64,000 nucleotides of DNA from a virus. Lineage: Duplodnaviria; Heunggongvirae; Uroviricota; Caudoviricetes. The stretch lies in IMG/VR virus record IMGVR_UViG_3300042486_001111. One strand, written 5' to 3'. Under the pieces are notes generated by a model. The model did no database searches. It had not been told where the DNA came from and saw nothing but the letters and a program-made list of their open reading frames with translations. Numbering within the stretch: the first letter of the stretch is position 1; the number at the start of each line of letters is the position of its first letter. Shown here in pieces: positions 25,444 to 35,801 of the stretch. Made by a program: the position numbers and the translations under genes.

Positions 25444-27687
25444 TTATTTAATTTTTCCTGTATCTAAATTAAGTAAACTATTTAGATTAACACCATAAGG
25501 TAATCCTACGTGAACGTGAGAACCTTTCGGACTAGTTTCCCATAAAGATATTTCCGCTAACGGAGTACCTAATGTTACTTCTTGACCCTTAACTACTTTT
25601 ATTTTTTGTAGGTGAGTATAGAATATATCAGTGTAACCATCTTTACCTTTTACTGTGATAGAACCACCGTATATTTTACCTGTATGATCTTCATCATTAC
25701 CACCTATTTTGGAAACAGTCCCTTTAGTGATGGAATATACTGTAGTACCAGGTGTACCAAATATATCCGTAGCGTTATCCGATTGCCAATTACCTAATGC
25801 TCTAGAGGCATGATTTTTAGGTCCATTTTTATCTACAACAATTGATTTACCCAATATATAACTATTGTTACCTACGATAGTTGGTGCATCTACAGTTTTT
25901 TTAGGTTCCTCAGTTTTTTTAGGTTCCTCAGTTTTTACTTTTTTTTTACAAAACTTTGGTTTGTTGACTACACCTGAACCACAAAAAGTAAAATGCCACG
26001 ACTCACTTCTCGCCTCACCCCAATACCAACCATATTTTTCACCATTTGTTCTAATCCAATCCTTTCCGTTTGCAATATCTATCGCATTACCAAAACCATG
26101 ATTAGATGTACAATACCCACCACCTTGATCAACCCATTTGGATTTGGTGTTAGGTACGGGTGATGCAGCATCTGGACCATTATGAAATTTTTTGTCTTCC
26201 CAAGCATACCATTGACTCCATTGATTTCTTTCATAATCACCAGGATTACCACAAATTCTATATCCATCTGTCAATGTTATTTTAACGCCATCATTCTTCG
26301 CATCTGCCACCATTTTTTTAAATTGGATTGCCGCTGCATTAGATAGGTATTCCGTTTTACCATTAACGTCATTCATTACTTGAGTTAATTCGCTCGATAA
26401 CAACTTACCATTTTTATTATAATCTCTACCACTATCGTCAGAACCATCTACACTTTCTTCAGGTTTTTTTGGTTTACCAGCATTTACCCAATCTTTACCC
26501 AATAATGCAAATGCATTTCTTAAATGTTCGTTTATACTACCATTAGAATCTAATTTAGGGTCTGGTAATCCACATTCAGATAATCTTTTATTAACTTTTT
26601 CCAATCTAGAAGAATCCTGATTAACCCAATATCTAAAATTTAAATTATCCTCATTATTAGTAATGTTTTGATTAAAATATCTAACATCACTAGAAGTTAA
26701 GGTACAACCAGCGGTTGAGGTTTGGGTATCGTATTTATTTAAATTATATCGTTCAATAATACTAATTAGAGTTTTAGCGTATGTACTACTAGTTGCATAT
26801 CCCGCTCTTTGTAACCCCTGAGCCCAACCTTTGTAGTCTGTAGTCCCTAAATCAAATAAACTATCATATCTAGAATTATCTTTTAAGAACTTTGAGTGAT
26901 CATCAAACGATAGAGAAATGTTAGGATATTTTCTAAAACAAGCCTTTTTTTCTGTACGACTAGATCCATCATTATTTTCTTCTCTCGTATCCAAATATAT
27001 TTTTTCACCCGACCAACTACTATGACATTTTATCCCAAAATGATTTTTACCTTTTCTAGCCAAACCTGAATTACCATCGCCAGACTCTAAAATTGCCTGA
27101 GCAATAGTTATAGATGCAGGTATTTTATGTTTTTTCATCTGACTAATTGCAATATCTTTAATTAATGCAATATATTCAGTTCTTGAATATTTTTTATTTG
27201 GATCATAATCTATTTCAGCAGTACCTTCATCTTCTAAATCAACATCATCTGTCGCACCATCATTTTCTAAATCAACATCATCAGTAGCACTATTGTTATT
27301 CTTATCTACAACTGCAATATCTTGATTTGGGTGTAAATCTTCCCAGTCGGTATCCGTACCAAAATCATAGGTTAAATCTTTAGTTCTTTTATCATTAGAA
27401 ATATTTGTAAAACTAACCCATCTATCAATCTCACCATTTATTAAATCTTTTTCTTCCTTAGTATATTTCGTTGAATCTATATAAATTATACCATTTTCAA
27501 CCTTATCAATATATAAAGATTTATTTGCAATACTATCTATATAAAATTTTAAATGTATTAATAATTGCATCATTTTGTTTGTAATATCAAATTCATCTTT
27601 CGGATCATTAAATACTACTTCTTGTTCGTTTAATCTTTTTTTAACTAAACGTTTATATTGACTTTCTGTTAAAATTATTCTTTTCAT
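25444..27687 (-). CDS. Multi-domain peptidoglycan hydrolase: GH73 glucosaminidase + M15 peptidase + M23 peptidase
   Basis: AQAILESG..NHFGIKC..GYAT (GH73); GYR..SNHGFGNAID..ESWHF (M15); FYTHL..HVHVG (M23). Confidence 0.85.
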   Translation of the reverse strand: MKRIILTESQYKRLVKKRLNEQEVVFNDPKDEFDITNKMMQLLIHLKFYIDSIANKSLYIDKVENGIIYIDSTKYTKEEKDLINGEIDRWVSFTNISNDKRTKDLTYDFGTDTDWEDLHPNQDIAVVDKNNNSATDDVDLENDGATDDVDLEDEGTAEIDYDPNKKYSRTEYIALIKDIAISQMKKHKIPASITIAQAILESGDGNSGLARKGKNHFGIKCHSSWSGEKIYLDTREENNDGSSRTEKKACFRKYPNISLSFDDHSKFLKDNSRYDSLFDLGTTDYKGWAQGLQRAGYATSSTYAKTLISIIERYNLNKYDTQTSTAGCTLTSSDVRYFNQNITNNEDNLNFRYWVNQDSSRLEKVNKRLSECGLPDPKLDSNGSINEHLRNAFALLGKDWVNAGKPKKPEESVDGSDDSGRDYNKNGKLLSSELTQVMNDVNGKTEYLSNAAAIQFKKMVADAKNDGVKITLTDGYRICGNPGDYERNQWSQWYAWEDKKFHNGPDAASPVPNTKSKWVDQGGGYCTSNHGFGNAIDIANGKDWIRTNGEKYGWYWGEARSESWHFTFCGSGVVNKPKFCKKKVKTEEPKKTEEPKKTVDAPTIVGNNSYILGKSIVVDKNGPKNHASRALGNWQSDNATDIFGTPGTTVYSITKGTVSKIGGNDEDHTGKIYGGSITVKGKDGYTDIFYTHLQKIKVVKGQEVTLGTPLAEISLWETSPKGSHVHVGLPYGVNLNSLLNLDTGKIK

Positions 27688-28595
27688 ATTACAGTAACTA
27701 ATCTTAGTAATTTCTTTTTTAAATATTCTCCTCTTATTTTAAATCTCTTTTCCACATCACTTAAAAACTTATCAAAAGATTTAATTTTAGGTAATTTATC
27801 TTCTTCACTATAAAAACATAATATTATTTGAGATAGTTCACTAACCCTATCTTTTGATAGTGTTTCAATCTCTTTTAAATAAATATCCTTATTGAAGTTA
27901 ATCATTGTCTCCGCAAAATTATAAAAAGGTAATTCCTTTAAATAAACCATAAATTCATTATGATCCTTTGGAGTTCTTTTTGTTATCATAGTTGCCGCCT
28001 GTTGTATAAACGCATTTAATTCATATGACTGACTAACATATAACATATAGGCAATCCGATCAACCGCATCCCCATCTATATTACCATTACTGTATATACT
28101 TTCACATCCCTTAATTTCTTTTGGTGTTTGTAAATATCTACTCACCCATTCATATAAGTGCATAAATTCATGAGATAAAAAAGAAGAAAAATAGTAATAG
28201 AATGTGTTAGTATCGATATCTTCCCTGTCTTTAGGTATAGTTAACATAATATTAAACTCCGCATCTAATATATTATACGTCCCATTATCATTTTCAATTA
28301 TCTGTGTGTAGTACGGAGAATACTCCATATCTATAGAAGCATCATCATCATCAACTTCATTTATTATAACCGTTAATATCACACTATCAACTGGGAACTC
28401 TTCATAAAAACTTTTACCTTTCAGTTTTTTAGATAATTTAGTTACCGTATATACATCTTCTTTAACATCCTGTTTCAATATTTTAGACAACATTTCATCT
28501 GTGATAAAATCTGCCCAATTTTCAACTACTTTTGAGTACCCTCTAGTTTCATTAATCACTTTATTATATTGTTTTCTATTTACAATAACCTTCAT
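27684..28595 (-). CDS. Hypothetical protein with HExxH motif, probable virion protein
   Basis: LSHEFMH and YELNAF; late-type motif upstream. Confidence 0.6.
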   Translation of the reverse strand: MKVIVNRKQYNKVINETRGYSKVVENWADFITDEMLSKILKQDVKEDVYTVTKLSKKLKGKSFYEEFPVDSVILTVIINEVDDDDASIDMEYSPYYTQIIENDNGTYNILDAEFNIMLTIPKDREDIDTNTFYYYFSSFLSHEFMHLYEWVSRYLQTPKEIKGCESIYSNGNIDGDAVDRIAYMLYVSQSYELNAFIQQAATMITKRTPKDHNEFMVYLKELPFYNFAETMINFNKDIYLKEIETLSKDRVSELSQIILCFYSEEDKLPKIKSFDKFLSDVEKRFKIRGEYLKKKLLRLVTVI

Positions 28596-28649
28596 TACTA
28601 CTATATTTTATATATAAATATTATAAAATAAATTAAAAAAGAAAGTATT

Positions 28650-28973
28650 ATGGAATTATTATTAATTATTTTACTAACTTATGGTATCTCAAACATTATT
28701 GTTTTCGGTTCCATATTTGACGGTTTAAGAGAAACTGCAGAAGTTTACAGTCCTAATTTTTTCGGTAAGTTAATTAACTGTATGATGTGTACTCCGTGGT
28801 GGGTTGGTTTATCCATCTCTACTACCGCACAAATTACTGGTTATACCTTACTATCACCGATGTACAATTACTTAGGTGTTGAGTTAGTTCCCTTAGCCTT
28901 GTTTTTAGATTCTTGTTTATTGTCAGGAACCACTTGGTTACTACACACAATTCAAGAAAAGTTAGAAGTATAA
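28650..28973 (+). CDS. DUF1360-like membrane protein
   Basis: Hydrophobic segments around LINCMMCTPWWVG. Confidence 0.65.
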   Translation: MELLLIILLTYGISNIIVFGSIFDGLRETAEVYSPNFFGKLINCMMCTPWWVGLSISTTAQITGYTLLSPMYNYLGVELVPLALFLDSCLLSGTTWLLHTIQEKLEV

Positions 28974-28974
28974 A

Positions 28975-29004
28975 AAAAGGGAGTTAATTAACTCCCTCTT
29001 TTTC
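28975..29004. terminator. Bidirectional terminator between convergent genes
   Basis: A-run, GGGAGTTAATTAACTCCC, T-run. Confidence 0.75.
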
Positions 29005-29457
29005 TTTTTCAAATGATTTACCATTACTATTCGTTGGTGGTAATTCAATTCCATTATGTACCTTTTTATTAGTATCTATTTTAATATCTCTTAGTGTTGG
29101 TTCATCAATCGATTCGATTACAAACTTTAGTCTTTCTAATTCCTTTAACGATTTTTCACTAAATAAGAACTTAAGTTCTTCGATTTTAGCCTTCAAAAGA
29201 GTAAGTTTATTCTCTTTCTCAACATTAAATTCTATCACATACTCAACATGATCTAAGACACTATCAATAGAGTCTTCAGGATTTTTTGGGAAAACCATAA
29301 AGTAGTTAATGTTATTAGTACTAGGTTTATATGTTACTGAATCTGATTCAAACATATCCCAATTCTCCAATAATAAAACGTCAACTACTGGTAAGTCTTT
29401 AACAAATCTAATTCCCGTTACATAAGGTCTTAATTGATTTAATTTATCTTGAAACAT
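28984..29457 (-). CDS. Hypothetical phage protein
   Basis: 157-aa ORF. Confidence 0.75.
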   Translation of the reverse strand: MFQDKLNQLRPYVTGIRFVKDLPVVDVLLLENWDMFESDSVTYKPSTNNINYFMVFPKNPEDSIDSVLDHVEYVIEFNVEKENKLTLLKAKIEELKFLFSEKSLKELERLKFVIESIDEPTLRDIKIDTNKKVHNGIELPPTNSNGKSFEKEKEGVN

Positions 29458-29461
29458 TTTT

Positions 29462-29653
29462 TTACCTTAAAAACGATATTATTGTCGTTATGAAAAATGA
29501 TATAGAAACCGCTAGTGTTATCAAAGATACATTATTCACTACAAACCGTTCATTCATCCTTACACTTCTTATTAAAAAAAACGTATTTCTAACTATCACT
29601 AATAGTGATAAAACGAATAGAAATAAATATGTATCTTTTACTATGTCAATCAT
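29462..29653 (-). CDS. Small 2-TM membrane protein
   Basis: Two hydrophobic helices. Confidence 0.65.
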   Translation of the reverse strand: MIDIVKDTYLFLFVLSLLVIVRNTFFLIRSVRMNERFVVNNVSLITLAVSISFFITTIISFLR

Positions 29654-29665
29654 AACTTTATTGTA

Positions 29666-29839
29666 TTAGACATTTTTTTTATCAGAAACATTAACTCTAA
29701 TTTCTTGACAAAGGTTTTTGATATCTTGACAACCTTTTCTAACTCTAGTACCAGCCGCTTTGTTATTTTTCTCATAGAATTTAGAAAAATCACCTTCTAA
29801 TTCTGCTACTAAATTTTTTAATTGTTCGTACAATTCCAT
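29666..29839 (-). CDS. Histone H1-like/Hc1-type small protein (Bacteroidota family)
   Basis: Manual translation (57 aa) containing NKAAGTRVRK; missed by the ORF track. Confidence 0.75.
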   Translation of the reverse strand: MELYEQLKNLVAELEGDFSKFYEKNNKAAGTRVRKGCQDIKNLCQEIRVNVSDKKNV

Positions 29840-29851
29840 TTTAATTTATTT

Positions 29852-30088
29852 TTATTCATTGTTATTATTAGTATCCACATTGTTAAATGCAGACATATAT
29901 TCACTCAACATTTGTATTTTGTTGTTGGTTACCGTTATAGAAGATAGTAATAAATCGAAATCGGTTTTCTTATCCTCGGTTCGTAAATTATCATCATTTA
30001 AAACTCTATTTAAGTCTAACTCTAATGTATCTCTTTTAGAAATTAAATCTGATAAAACTATCTGTAAAAATTTTATTTTATTATTCAT
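29852..30088 (-). CDS. Small coiled-coil protein
   Basis: 78-aa ORF. Confidence 0.6.
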   Translation of the reverse strand: MNNKIKFLQIVLSDLISKRDTLELDLNRVLNDDNLRTEDKKTDFDLLLSSITVTNNKIQMLSEYMSAFNNVDTNNNNE

Positions 30089-30132
30089 ATAAACAACTAT
30101 AACATAAAAAAACTATAAAATCAATAGTAAAG

Positions 30133-30594
30133 TCACTTTTTTGTCTTAAAATAGATACTTTTTTCAAATAACTTATACAATTCTATCATAATATCTATAT
30201 CAGATCTAGATTTTATACGATGAAAGTCAAATGAAAATTCTGCCAAATTATCTAATTTATTAAGTAATTTATCACTATCCTTATAGAATAATTCATCATA
30301 AAAGTAGAAAAAATACTCTTTCAATTTTTCTACATCATCAAATAAAATTTGTTCTTCTTTAAAATTAGACACAACTTTATTGAAACACCATAGATAGTGT
30401 TCCTTAACCTCTCTCTCAGTAGATATGTATTCTGACCCTAAATATGTATCAACAATGACTTTATTAAGTGATTTTATGAAATCATAATAAAGATTACATC
30501 TATCAAACTTAATGTCATTTGCCTTATATAACAAATTCATCTGATCAGATGTCAGTGGATTTGTAATATAGTTCATGAATTCTGAATTTTCCAT
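30133..30594 (-). CDS. Hypothetical phage protein
   Basis: 153-aa ORF. Confidence 0.75.
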   Translation of the reverse strand: MENSEFMNYITNPLTSDQMNLLYKANDIKFDRCNLYYDFIKSLNKVIVDTYLGSEYISTEREVKEHYLWCFNKVVSNFKEEQILFDDVEKLKEYFFYFYDELFYKDSDKLLNKLDNLAEFSFDFHRIKSRSDIDIMIELYKLFEKSIYFKTKK

Positions 30595-30622
30595 AAACTA
30601 AATATAATATATAATTATTTTT

Positions 30623-31513
30623 TTATAAAGATAATAACATATCTAAAAGTTCTGGTTGTGGGAACATATCGACCTTATCTTTTCTAGTGTTAGTGTGTGT
30701 CCACATACCCTTAACCCTTCCATAATATGCGTTTTCATTGAAGTCGAACCCTTTGGCACCGTTCTTTCTTACTTCCTCTACCAAACCTTTTCTCACATCG
30801 ATATTATCTCTTTCCGCAATGAAAAGTATCCATTGTTTAAGCACTTCTATTTGTTTATTAGAATAACGATGCCAATCTTTATGACCCCTAAATGGTTGTG
30901 GTAATGTAACAATCTGTGATTTATCTACAATTGTATTTGCATATGTTTTACCTTTTACTACATAACCAAAATTACATACCTCAATACCTACAGAATGTGA
31001 ATGCATACGTTGTGAACCATTATCACCTAAATGCCAACCGTATGCACCATTTGGTAAGCATTGGATTAGTTTACCGTCAAATTTATCATTATTACCAGAA
31101 GCACTTTGTCCACCTAATACGAATTCAGTGGCAATTTTACCTCTTGTGTCTCTTCCCCACATATCAACTACTTGATATGGGTTATGTCCACCCGCAGTAT
31201 GGTGTAAGAAAAGATATTCTTTATTAGTTGGTCCAACTAAGTACTCACCTTTAGGTAAAAAGTATTGTTCAATTATTAAACCACTATTCGACTCAACCAA
31301 TCTTTCACTATTATCTGTAGTTACTAATTGATCTAACCCCATCATCTCCCAAGTTTTTGGTCCAACTATACCATCATCTTTTAATTTATTTTCTTTTTGC
31401 CATTTTTTAACTGCCAATTCTGTTTTTGGGCCGAATGAACCGTCATCTTTTAATTTTAAAAATCTTTGTAAGATTTTAACATCTTCACTTTTACTACCTA
31501 ATTTTAATAACAT
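30623..31513 (-). CDS. Endolysin: peptidoglycan-binding domain + Amidase_2
   Basis: LKLG..DVKILQ..DG.FGPKTE.AVK.WQ..DGIVGP.TW; FLHHTAG, SVGIE, THTN. Confidence 0.9.
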   Translation of the reverse strand: MLLKLGSKSEDVKILQRFLKLKDDGSFGPKTELAVKKWQKENKLKDDGIVGPKTWEMMGLDQLVTTDNSERLVESNSGLIIEQYFLPKGEYLVGPTNKEYLFLHHTAGGHNPYQVVDMWGRDTRGKIATEFVLGGQSASGNNDKFDGKLIQCLPNGAYGWHLGDNGSQRMHSHSVGIEVCNFGYVVKGKTYANTIVDKSQIVTLPQPFRGHKDWHRYSNKQIEVLKQWILFIAERDNIDVRKGLVEEVRKNGAKGFDFNENAYYGRVKGMWTHTNTRKDKVDMFPQPELLDMLLSL

Positions 31514-31546
31514 AAACTAATTTTTTATTTATTTTTTATTTATTTT

Positions 31547-32317
31547 TTATTGTTGATTCATAAATTCTAAAAATTCATCAAACTTATAGTCATTTGGTTT
31601 GATAACTTTGTTAACTACTTTATTAAATAATTGTTCGAAATATTTTCTAAGTGTTTCGTCTTTTAAATCTTTTGGGTAATTAAAGTCTATCCATTCACTA
31701 TCTATCATTTCATCATATCCACCATCTTTATATTTTTCACCATTAAATTCCGCAAATTCATCATCCTGAATAACAAAATCTGCCCCAATTTTATTCGTAC
31801 TTTTGTTTGGTAGTGAGTCAAAATATATTGAACAAGGAGGATAAACTTCACTATTGTTTTGAATAAGTAATCCAAATGATTCCTCTAAAGATGCCTCAAA
31901 AGGTGTGAGAATTGTGTCTAAAACCCAAGAATTACCCCTATAATTATAGATTACTTTATTTCTATAATTTTTATAAAAGAATGTAAATAAAATACCCTCT
32001 ATCACTTCACGATCTTCTACAAAATTTATATCTATATCCTCAATTATGTCAGGCACCACATCGTTAAATAAAATATTACCATATTTTTCATAAAATTTAG
32101 ATATTGAGTATAATCTTTGGTAGTCACCAGTGTTTAACATTTCTTCTACCTTCATTATTTTATCCGCAACAGTTAAATTAAATTCTTTCCCACTAGGTAA
32201 ATAATTTTTTTCACCCCTTAATAAATGGAACGACTTAAGTATTGCCTTATCCATTTTAGATATGTTTAAGTTATCGATTACCGCTTCAGTTAATAAAGAA
32301 TTTAAAGATATTTTCAT
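31547..32317 (-). CDS. Hypothetical probable virion protein (starts MKISLNSLLTE)
   Basis: ATG at 32317 directly after ATATTTAT. Confidence 0.65.
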   Translation of the reverse strand: MKISLNSLLTEAVIDNLNISKMDKAILKSFHLLRGEKNYLPSGKEFNLTVADKIMKVEEMLNTGDYQRLYSISKFYEKYGNILFNDVVPDIIEDIDINFVEDREVIEGILFTFFYKNYRNKVIYNYRGNSWVLDTILTPFEASLEESFGLLIQNNSEVYPPCSIYFDSLPNKSTNKIGADFVIQDDEFAEFNGEKYKDGGYDEMIDSEWIDFNYPKDLKDETLRKYFEQLFNKVVNKVIKPNDYKFDEFLEFMNQQ

Positions 32318-32340
32318 ATTAATAAATATGTTATAAAACA

Positions 32341-32366
32341 AAAAAGGTACCGTTTGGTACCTTTTT
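32341..32366. terminator. Hairpin terminator
   Basis: AAAAAGGTACC-GTTT-GGTACCTTTTT. Confidence 0.7.
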
Positions 32367-32387
32367 ATAATGTAGTTTTTGTTAATA

Positions 32388-33221
32388 TTAAATCAATTTT
32401 TTACCTTTTGCAGATTCAAATAGTTTAGAAAATGTTTTTGTCTCTGTACCGTAATCATTGGTTTTACCCATAGAGTCTGAATGTTTATAGTTGAATAATT
32501 TTTTCATTTTATCCATATCTTCATTTATCATAGATTTATTTCTATAACCTAGTACAGTACCTTCATTAATTGACTCATCCCATCTTACTTTATAAGTTTG
32601 ATTACCATCTGTCATTAAAAATGTGTTACCATCAAATTTATAACTTTCAGGTACCAAATTAAGTACTTCTTTTTCTGAAGTGAATTCGTTTTTAAAGTTT
32701 AATCTTTTCATTTTACCGTTGTTTGATTCATTTGTTACTCTAACTTTAGGAGTTTGTCTATACTCATCAGGTTTATCGTATTTATGTTTTATATATTTCT
32801 CACTATTATCTTTTAATTTCTTATAAGTAGAATCTTTTTTCTTACCCTCTCCGAAACCATCTATTGTTCCAAATATATCATCATACTCTGAAGTATCATT
32901 TAAATTATCCATTCTTTCAGAAAAAGATTTAAAAACTTCAGTATCTTCGTTATCATATTTTAAACCTGACATTTTACCAGCACCTAAATCTTCTATTTCA
33001 TATGCCTCTTCATAGTCACTTCTATTATATTTTGGTGTGGTGAAGTCCTCATCATTATCAAATTCATAATACTTAGACATTCTTTTCTCAAAATCAGTGG
33101 TAGCCTCTTTATTGAATTCACCACTTTTAGTACGTGCACCCAAAGCAGTTCTTAAACCAATAGGTTCTTTTTCCTCTTTGATGGTTATTTTTGTTTTTTT
33201 AGTTAGAAATCTATTACTCAT
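32388..33221 (-). CDS. Hypothetical charged protein, probable head-associated
   Basis: 277 aa; late-type motif upstream. Confidence 0.65.
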   Translation of the reverse strand: MSNRFLTKKTKITIKEEKEPIGLRTALGARTKSGEFNKEATTDFEKRMSKYYEFDNDEDFTTPKYNRSDYEEAYEIEDLGAGKMSGLKYDNEDTEVFKSFSERMDNLNDTSEYDDIFGTIDGFGEGKKKDSTYKKLKDNSEKYIKHKYDKPDEYRQTPKVRVTNESNNGKMKRLNFKNEFTSEKEVLNLVPESYKFDGNTFLMTDGNQTYKVRWDESINEGTVLGYRNKSMINEDMDKMKKLFNYKHSDSMGKTNDYGTETKTFSKLFESAKGKKLI

Positions 33222-33294
33222 TTTCTTTTTTATTATAAATATCTATTTTTTTAAAAAAGATTTGGTGTGATGAAATATTATATTATAATTGTTA

Positions 33295-33453
33295 TTATAA
33301 AATAGGATTCACATCAACGTTACCGTCTTCATCAATTGTATTCGTAGTTTCGTATGTTTGACTCTCATCATTATTTAGTGGTTCAGTTTCGTTAAGTAAC
33401 CTTCTATTTGCCTCTGCAATCATTTCTCTTTTTAATTTATCAAGTCTTCCCAT
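33295..33453 (-). CDS. Small protein (52 aa, MGRLDKLKREMIAEANRRLLNE...)
   Basis: Manual translation; start adjacent to the upstream stop. Confidence 0.55.
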   Translation of the reverse strand: MGRLDKLKREMIAEANRRLLNETEPLNNDESQTYETTNTIDEDGNVDVNPIL

Positions 33454-33454
33454 T

Positions 33455-34759
33455 TTATTTTTTAATTTTTAAATCTCCTTTTTTTATTGTTTTTATAATT
33501 TTACTCTCATTGTAAAATTCTATCGCTTCAGGACTTTGATTACAATATGGGAATGTTTTACATTTTTCTTTAACTCTAACTTTTTGATACCCTAAGTTGT
33601 CTAATGATGGTTGTTCTTTTTTAACTCTAGCCTTACCTTTTTTACCTGCAGTACCCATAAAGGCACTAGGTGGGAAACCAGGTGTTGCGTATTCTCCCCC
33701 AACTACTGCGGCAGAAGATGCCTCCACTAATTCCTCTTCTCCTAACATAGTCATATTTCCAATAGGTCTATTTATACCACCTACAGAGACAGGTATATCT
33801 GTTTTTATTTTTCTCCTAATAGGTTTACGGGATAACGCCCCAACATACGAACCACCTACTGAACCAGCAGATGAAGCCTCTTCAACAGGTTCCTCAGTCT
33901 CTTCTTCATCAGTAAAATTATCTTCAATGAATTTTCTATATTCCTCAGCTTCTTTTTTTCTTAGGTCCATTTCTTCTTCACGTCTCCTTCTAATTTCATC
34001 AAATATCTCATCTTTAGAAAATCTTTTACTTGATTTGTTTCTTAATTGATCTCTAAGTTTTTGTGCAATTTCATTACTATCTAAATCTTCACTTAAATCC
34101 TCCCTATAAGATAATGATACCCCATCTAAATCAAGTTTACCTGTTTTATGTAATCTTTCCATTTCTTTTTTAGATATTCTTATAGACTTTTTATGCCCTT
34201 TCATATCTTCTACTGCCAAAATACCATAATCAGGATTAGTATAATAATCTGAAATTTCGGATATGTGATCGATTGCAATTTCTTTAGCAACATTTTTAGA
34301 TTTGGTGTGTTCCATTTCTATTTTAGTTCCAACTTCAATTTCCCTTTTGATTTTTTTTACATCTTCTTTGTGATAATCTGCAATATCTTTAATAGACATA
34401 TCATCACCTTCACCACCAATTAAATCTTCTTCTTCAGAAAACATAATTTTTTGTAATTCTGGATTTCCTGAGGTTACTGCAGCCTTTTTAAAGTCTTTAC
34501 CAATATTTGACATACCCTCATACATATCATGAACACCACATTTTATTTTCATTAACTCTACTACGTTATCTAACTTATCCACATATTGGGTAGGTAAATT
34601 ATGTAATTTAGTTAATTGGTTATACATTTTTATACCAACTTTTAATTGTTCTGGTGTCTTACAAGAAAGAATAACATCTTTAGTTCTTTCATAATCACCC
34701 ATCATTTTTTCTCTACTCATCATTTTATTGCAGTTAACCACATATTTCTTCTCATCCAT
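33455..34759 (-). CDS. Charged multi-segment protein with DUF5661-like segment
   Basis: GTKIEMEHT....AKEIAIDHI.E..DYY; C-terminal KCKTFPYCNQ. Confidence 0.65.
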   Translation of the reverse strand: MDEKKYVVNCNKMMSREKMMGDYERTKDVILSCKTPEQLKVGIKMYNQLTKLHNLPTQYVDKLDNVVELMKIKCGVHDMYEGMSNIGKDFKKAAVTSGNPELQKIMFSEEEDLIGGEGDDMSIKDIADYHKEDVKKIKREIEVGTKIEMEHTKSKNVAKEIAIDHISEISDYYTNPDYGILAVEDMKGHKKSIRISKKEMERLHKTGKLDLDGVSLSYREDLSEDLDSNEIAQKLRDQLRNKSSKRFSKDEIFDEIRRRREEEMDLRKKEAEEYRKFIEDNFTDEEETEEPVEEASSAGSVGGSYVGALSRKPIRRKIKTDIPVSVGGINRPIGNMTMLGEEELVEASSAAVVGGEYATPGFPPSAFMGTAGKKGKARVKKEQPSLDNLGYQKVRVKEKCKTFPYCNQSPEAIEFYNESKIIKTIKKGDLKIKK

Positions 34760-34980
34760 AATTCTTTATAGAGTTGGACGAGAACTTCTTTATTAATTTC
34801 TACGATATGTTTTTTTAATTTAGAATTCTTAAGTTCTTTTTCTAAAATCTTCAATACTTTAGATTCTAAATCTTCACCAAAAGACTTTTTAATTTCCTTT
34901 CGAATCATAGCACCAATTTGATTTTCATCAGTTTGGGTTAATGATTCTCTGATAATTTTTCTAAGTTTTTGATTGTCCAT
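34720..34980 (-). CDS. Small hypothetical protein
   Basis: 86 aa; ATATTTAT upstream. Confidence 0.7.
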   Translation of the reverse strand: MDNQKLRKIIRESLTQTDENQIGAMIRKEIKKSFGEDLESKVLKILEKELKNSKLKKHIVEINKEVLVQLYKELWMRRNMWLTAIK

Positions 34981-35023
34981 ATCCTATTTATATATAATAA
35001 ATATTAGGTTTATGGTAAAAATT

Positions 35024-35482
35024 TTATAGTGCAATAATTAAAGTGATAATGGGTAATACTACACAACCAACAAATCCTAAGTTTCTTAGTAATTTTTGTT
35101 TTTTTATCTCTTTTTCCTGTTGTTCTATCGTCTTATCTTTAAATAAAATAATTTGATCTTTATTGTTAACCACAGTTTCTAAATTAATAACTATTTTTTT
35201 GTAGTTTTCGTTCTGTAAATTTAATTTTAAAATTAATTCGTCTTTTAAGAATATCTTCTCACTATTTAGACTGTCTCTTTCCACATAAACGTTTAATAAA
35301 CTATCGGTTACTTCATAATGAAGTAAGTCAGTGAGTATTTTTTTTGCATCATTTAAATGCATTACTACTAATGTATCACCTTTTTGGTTTACAATAGTTT
35401 TAATTTCTCCTTTTGAGATAGTCTGAGATGCCACTGGCAACACCATCAGCATCCATAACATTAACGTTAGTAAGTATTTCAC
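35024..35482 (-). CDS. Signal peptide + coiled coil + C-terminal TM protein (spanin-like candidate)
   Basis: Topology read from sequence. Confidence 0.45.
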   Translation of the reverse strand: MKYLLTLMLWMLMVLPVASQTISKGEIKTIVNQKGDTLVVMHLNDAKKILTDLLHYEVTDSLLNVYVERDSLNSEKIFLKDELILKLNLQNENYKKIVINLETVVNNKDQIILFKDKTIEQQEKEIKKQKLLRNLGFVGCVVLPIITLIIAL

Positions 35483-35801
35483 CTTTTTTATTTTTTAATC
35501 TTCTAATTAAACCTTCGTTAGATATTAATTTTAAATTAATGTCATCTATTTTATTATTTAAATTAGTAACATCATTAGATAAAAGTAAATTAAGGTTTTC
35601 TAAACTATCATTATATAATAACAATTCTTTGTTTTTAGTATTAAGATTAGTTATTTCTTGTTGGTATTTTTCTATCTCCTTATCTGAGTTATTGAAAAAT
35701 ATTAAACCTGAAACTAATATTAATAATAAAATTATTACAATAGTTTTAATATCTATGATTATATTTTTTTTATTGTTGTCCACCTTCTTGTTCAATGTCA
35801 A
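35400..35801 (-). CDS. N-terminal TM + coiled-coil protein (i-spanin-like candidate)
   Basis: Topology; overlaps the downstream gene. Confidence 0.45.
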   Translation of the reverse strand: MTLNKKVDNNKKNIIIDIKTIVIILLLILVSGLIFFNNSDKEIEKYQQEITNLNTKNKELLLYNDSLENLNLLLSNDVTNLNNKIDDINLKLISNEGLIRRLKNKKGEILTNVNVMDADGVASGISDYLKRRN

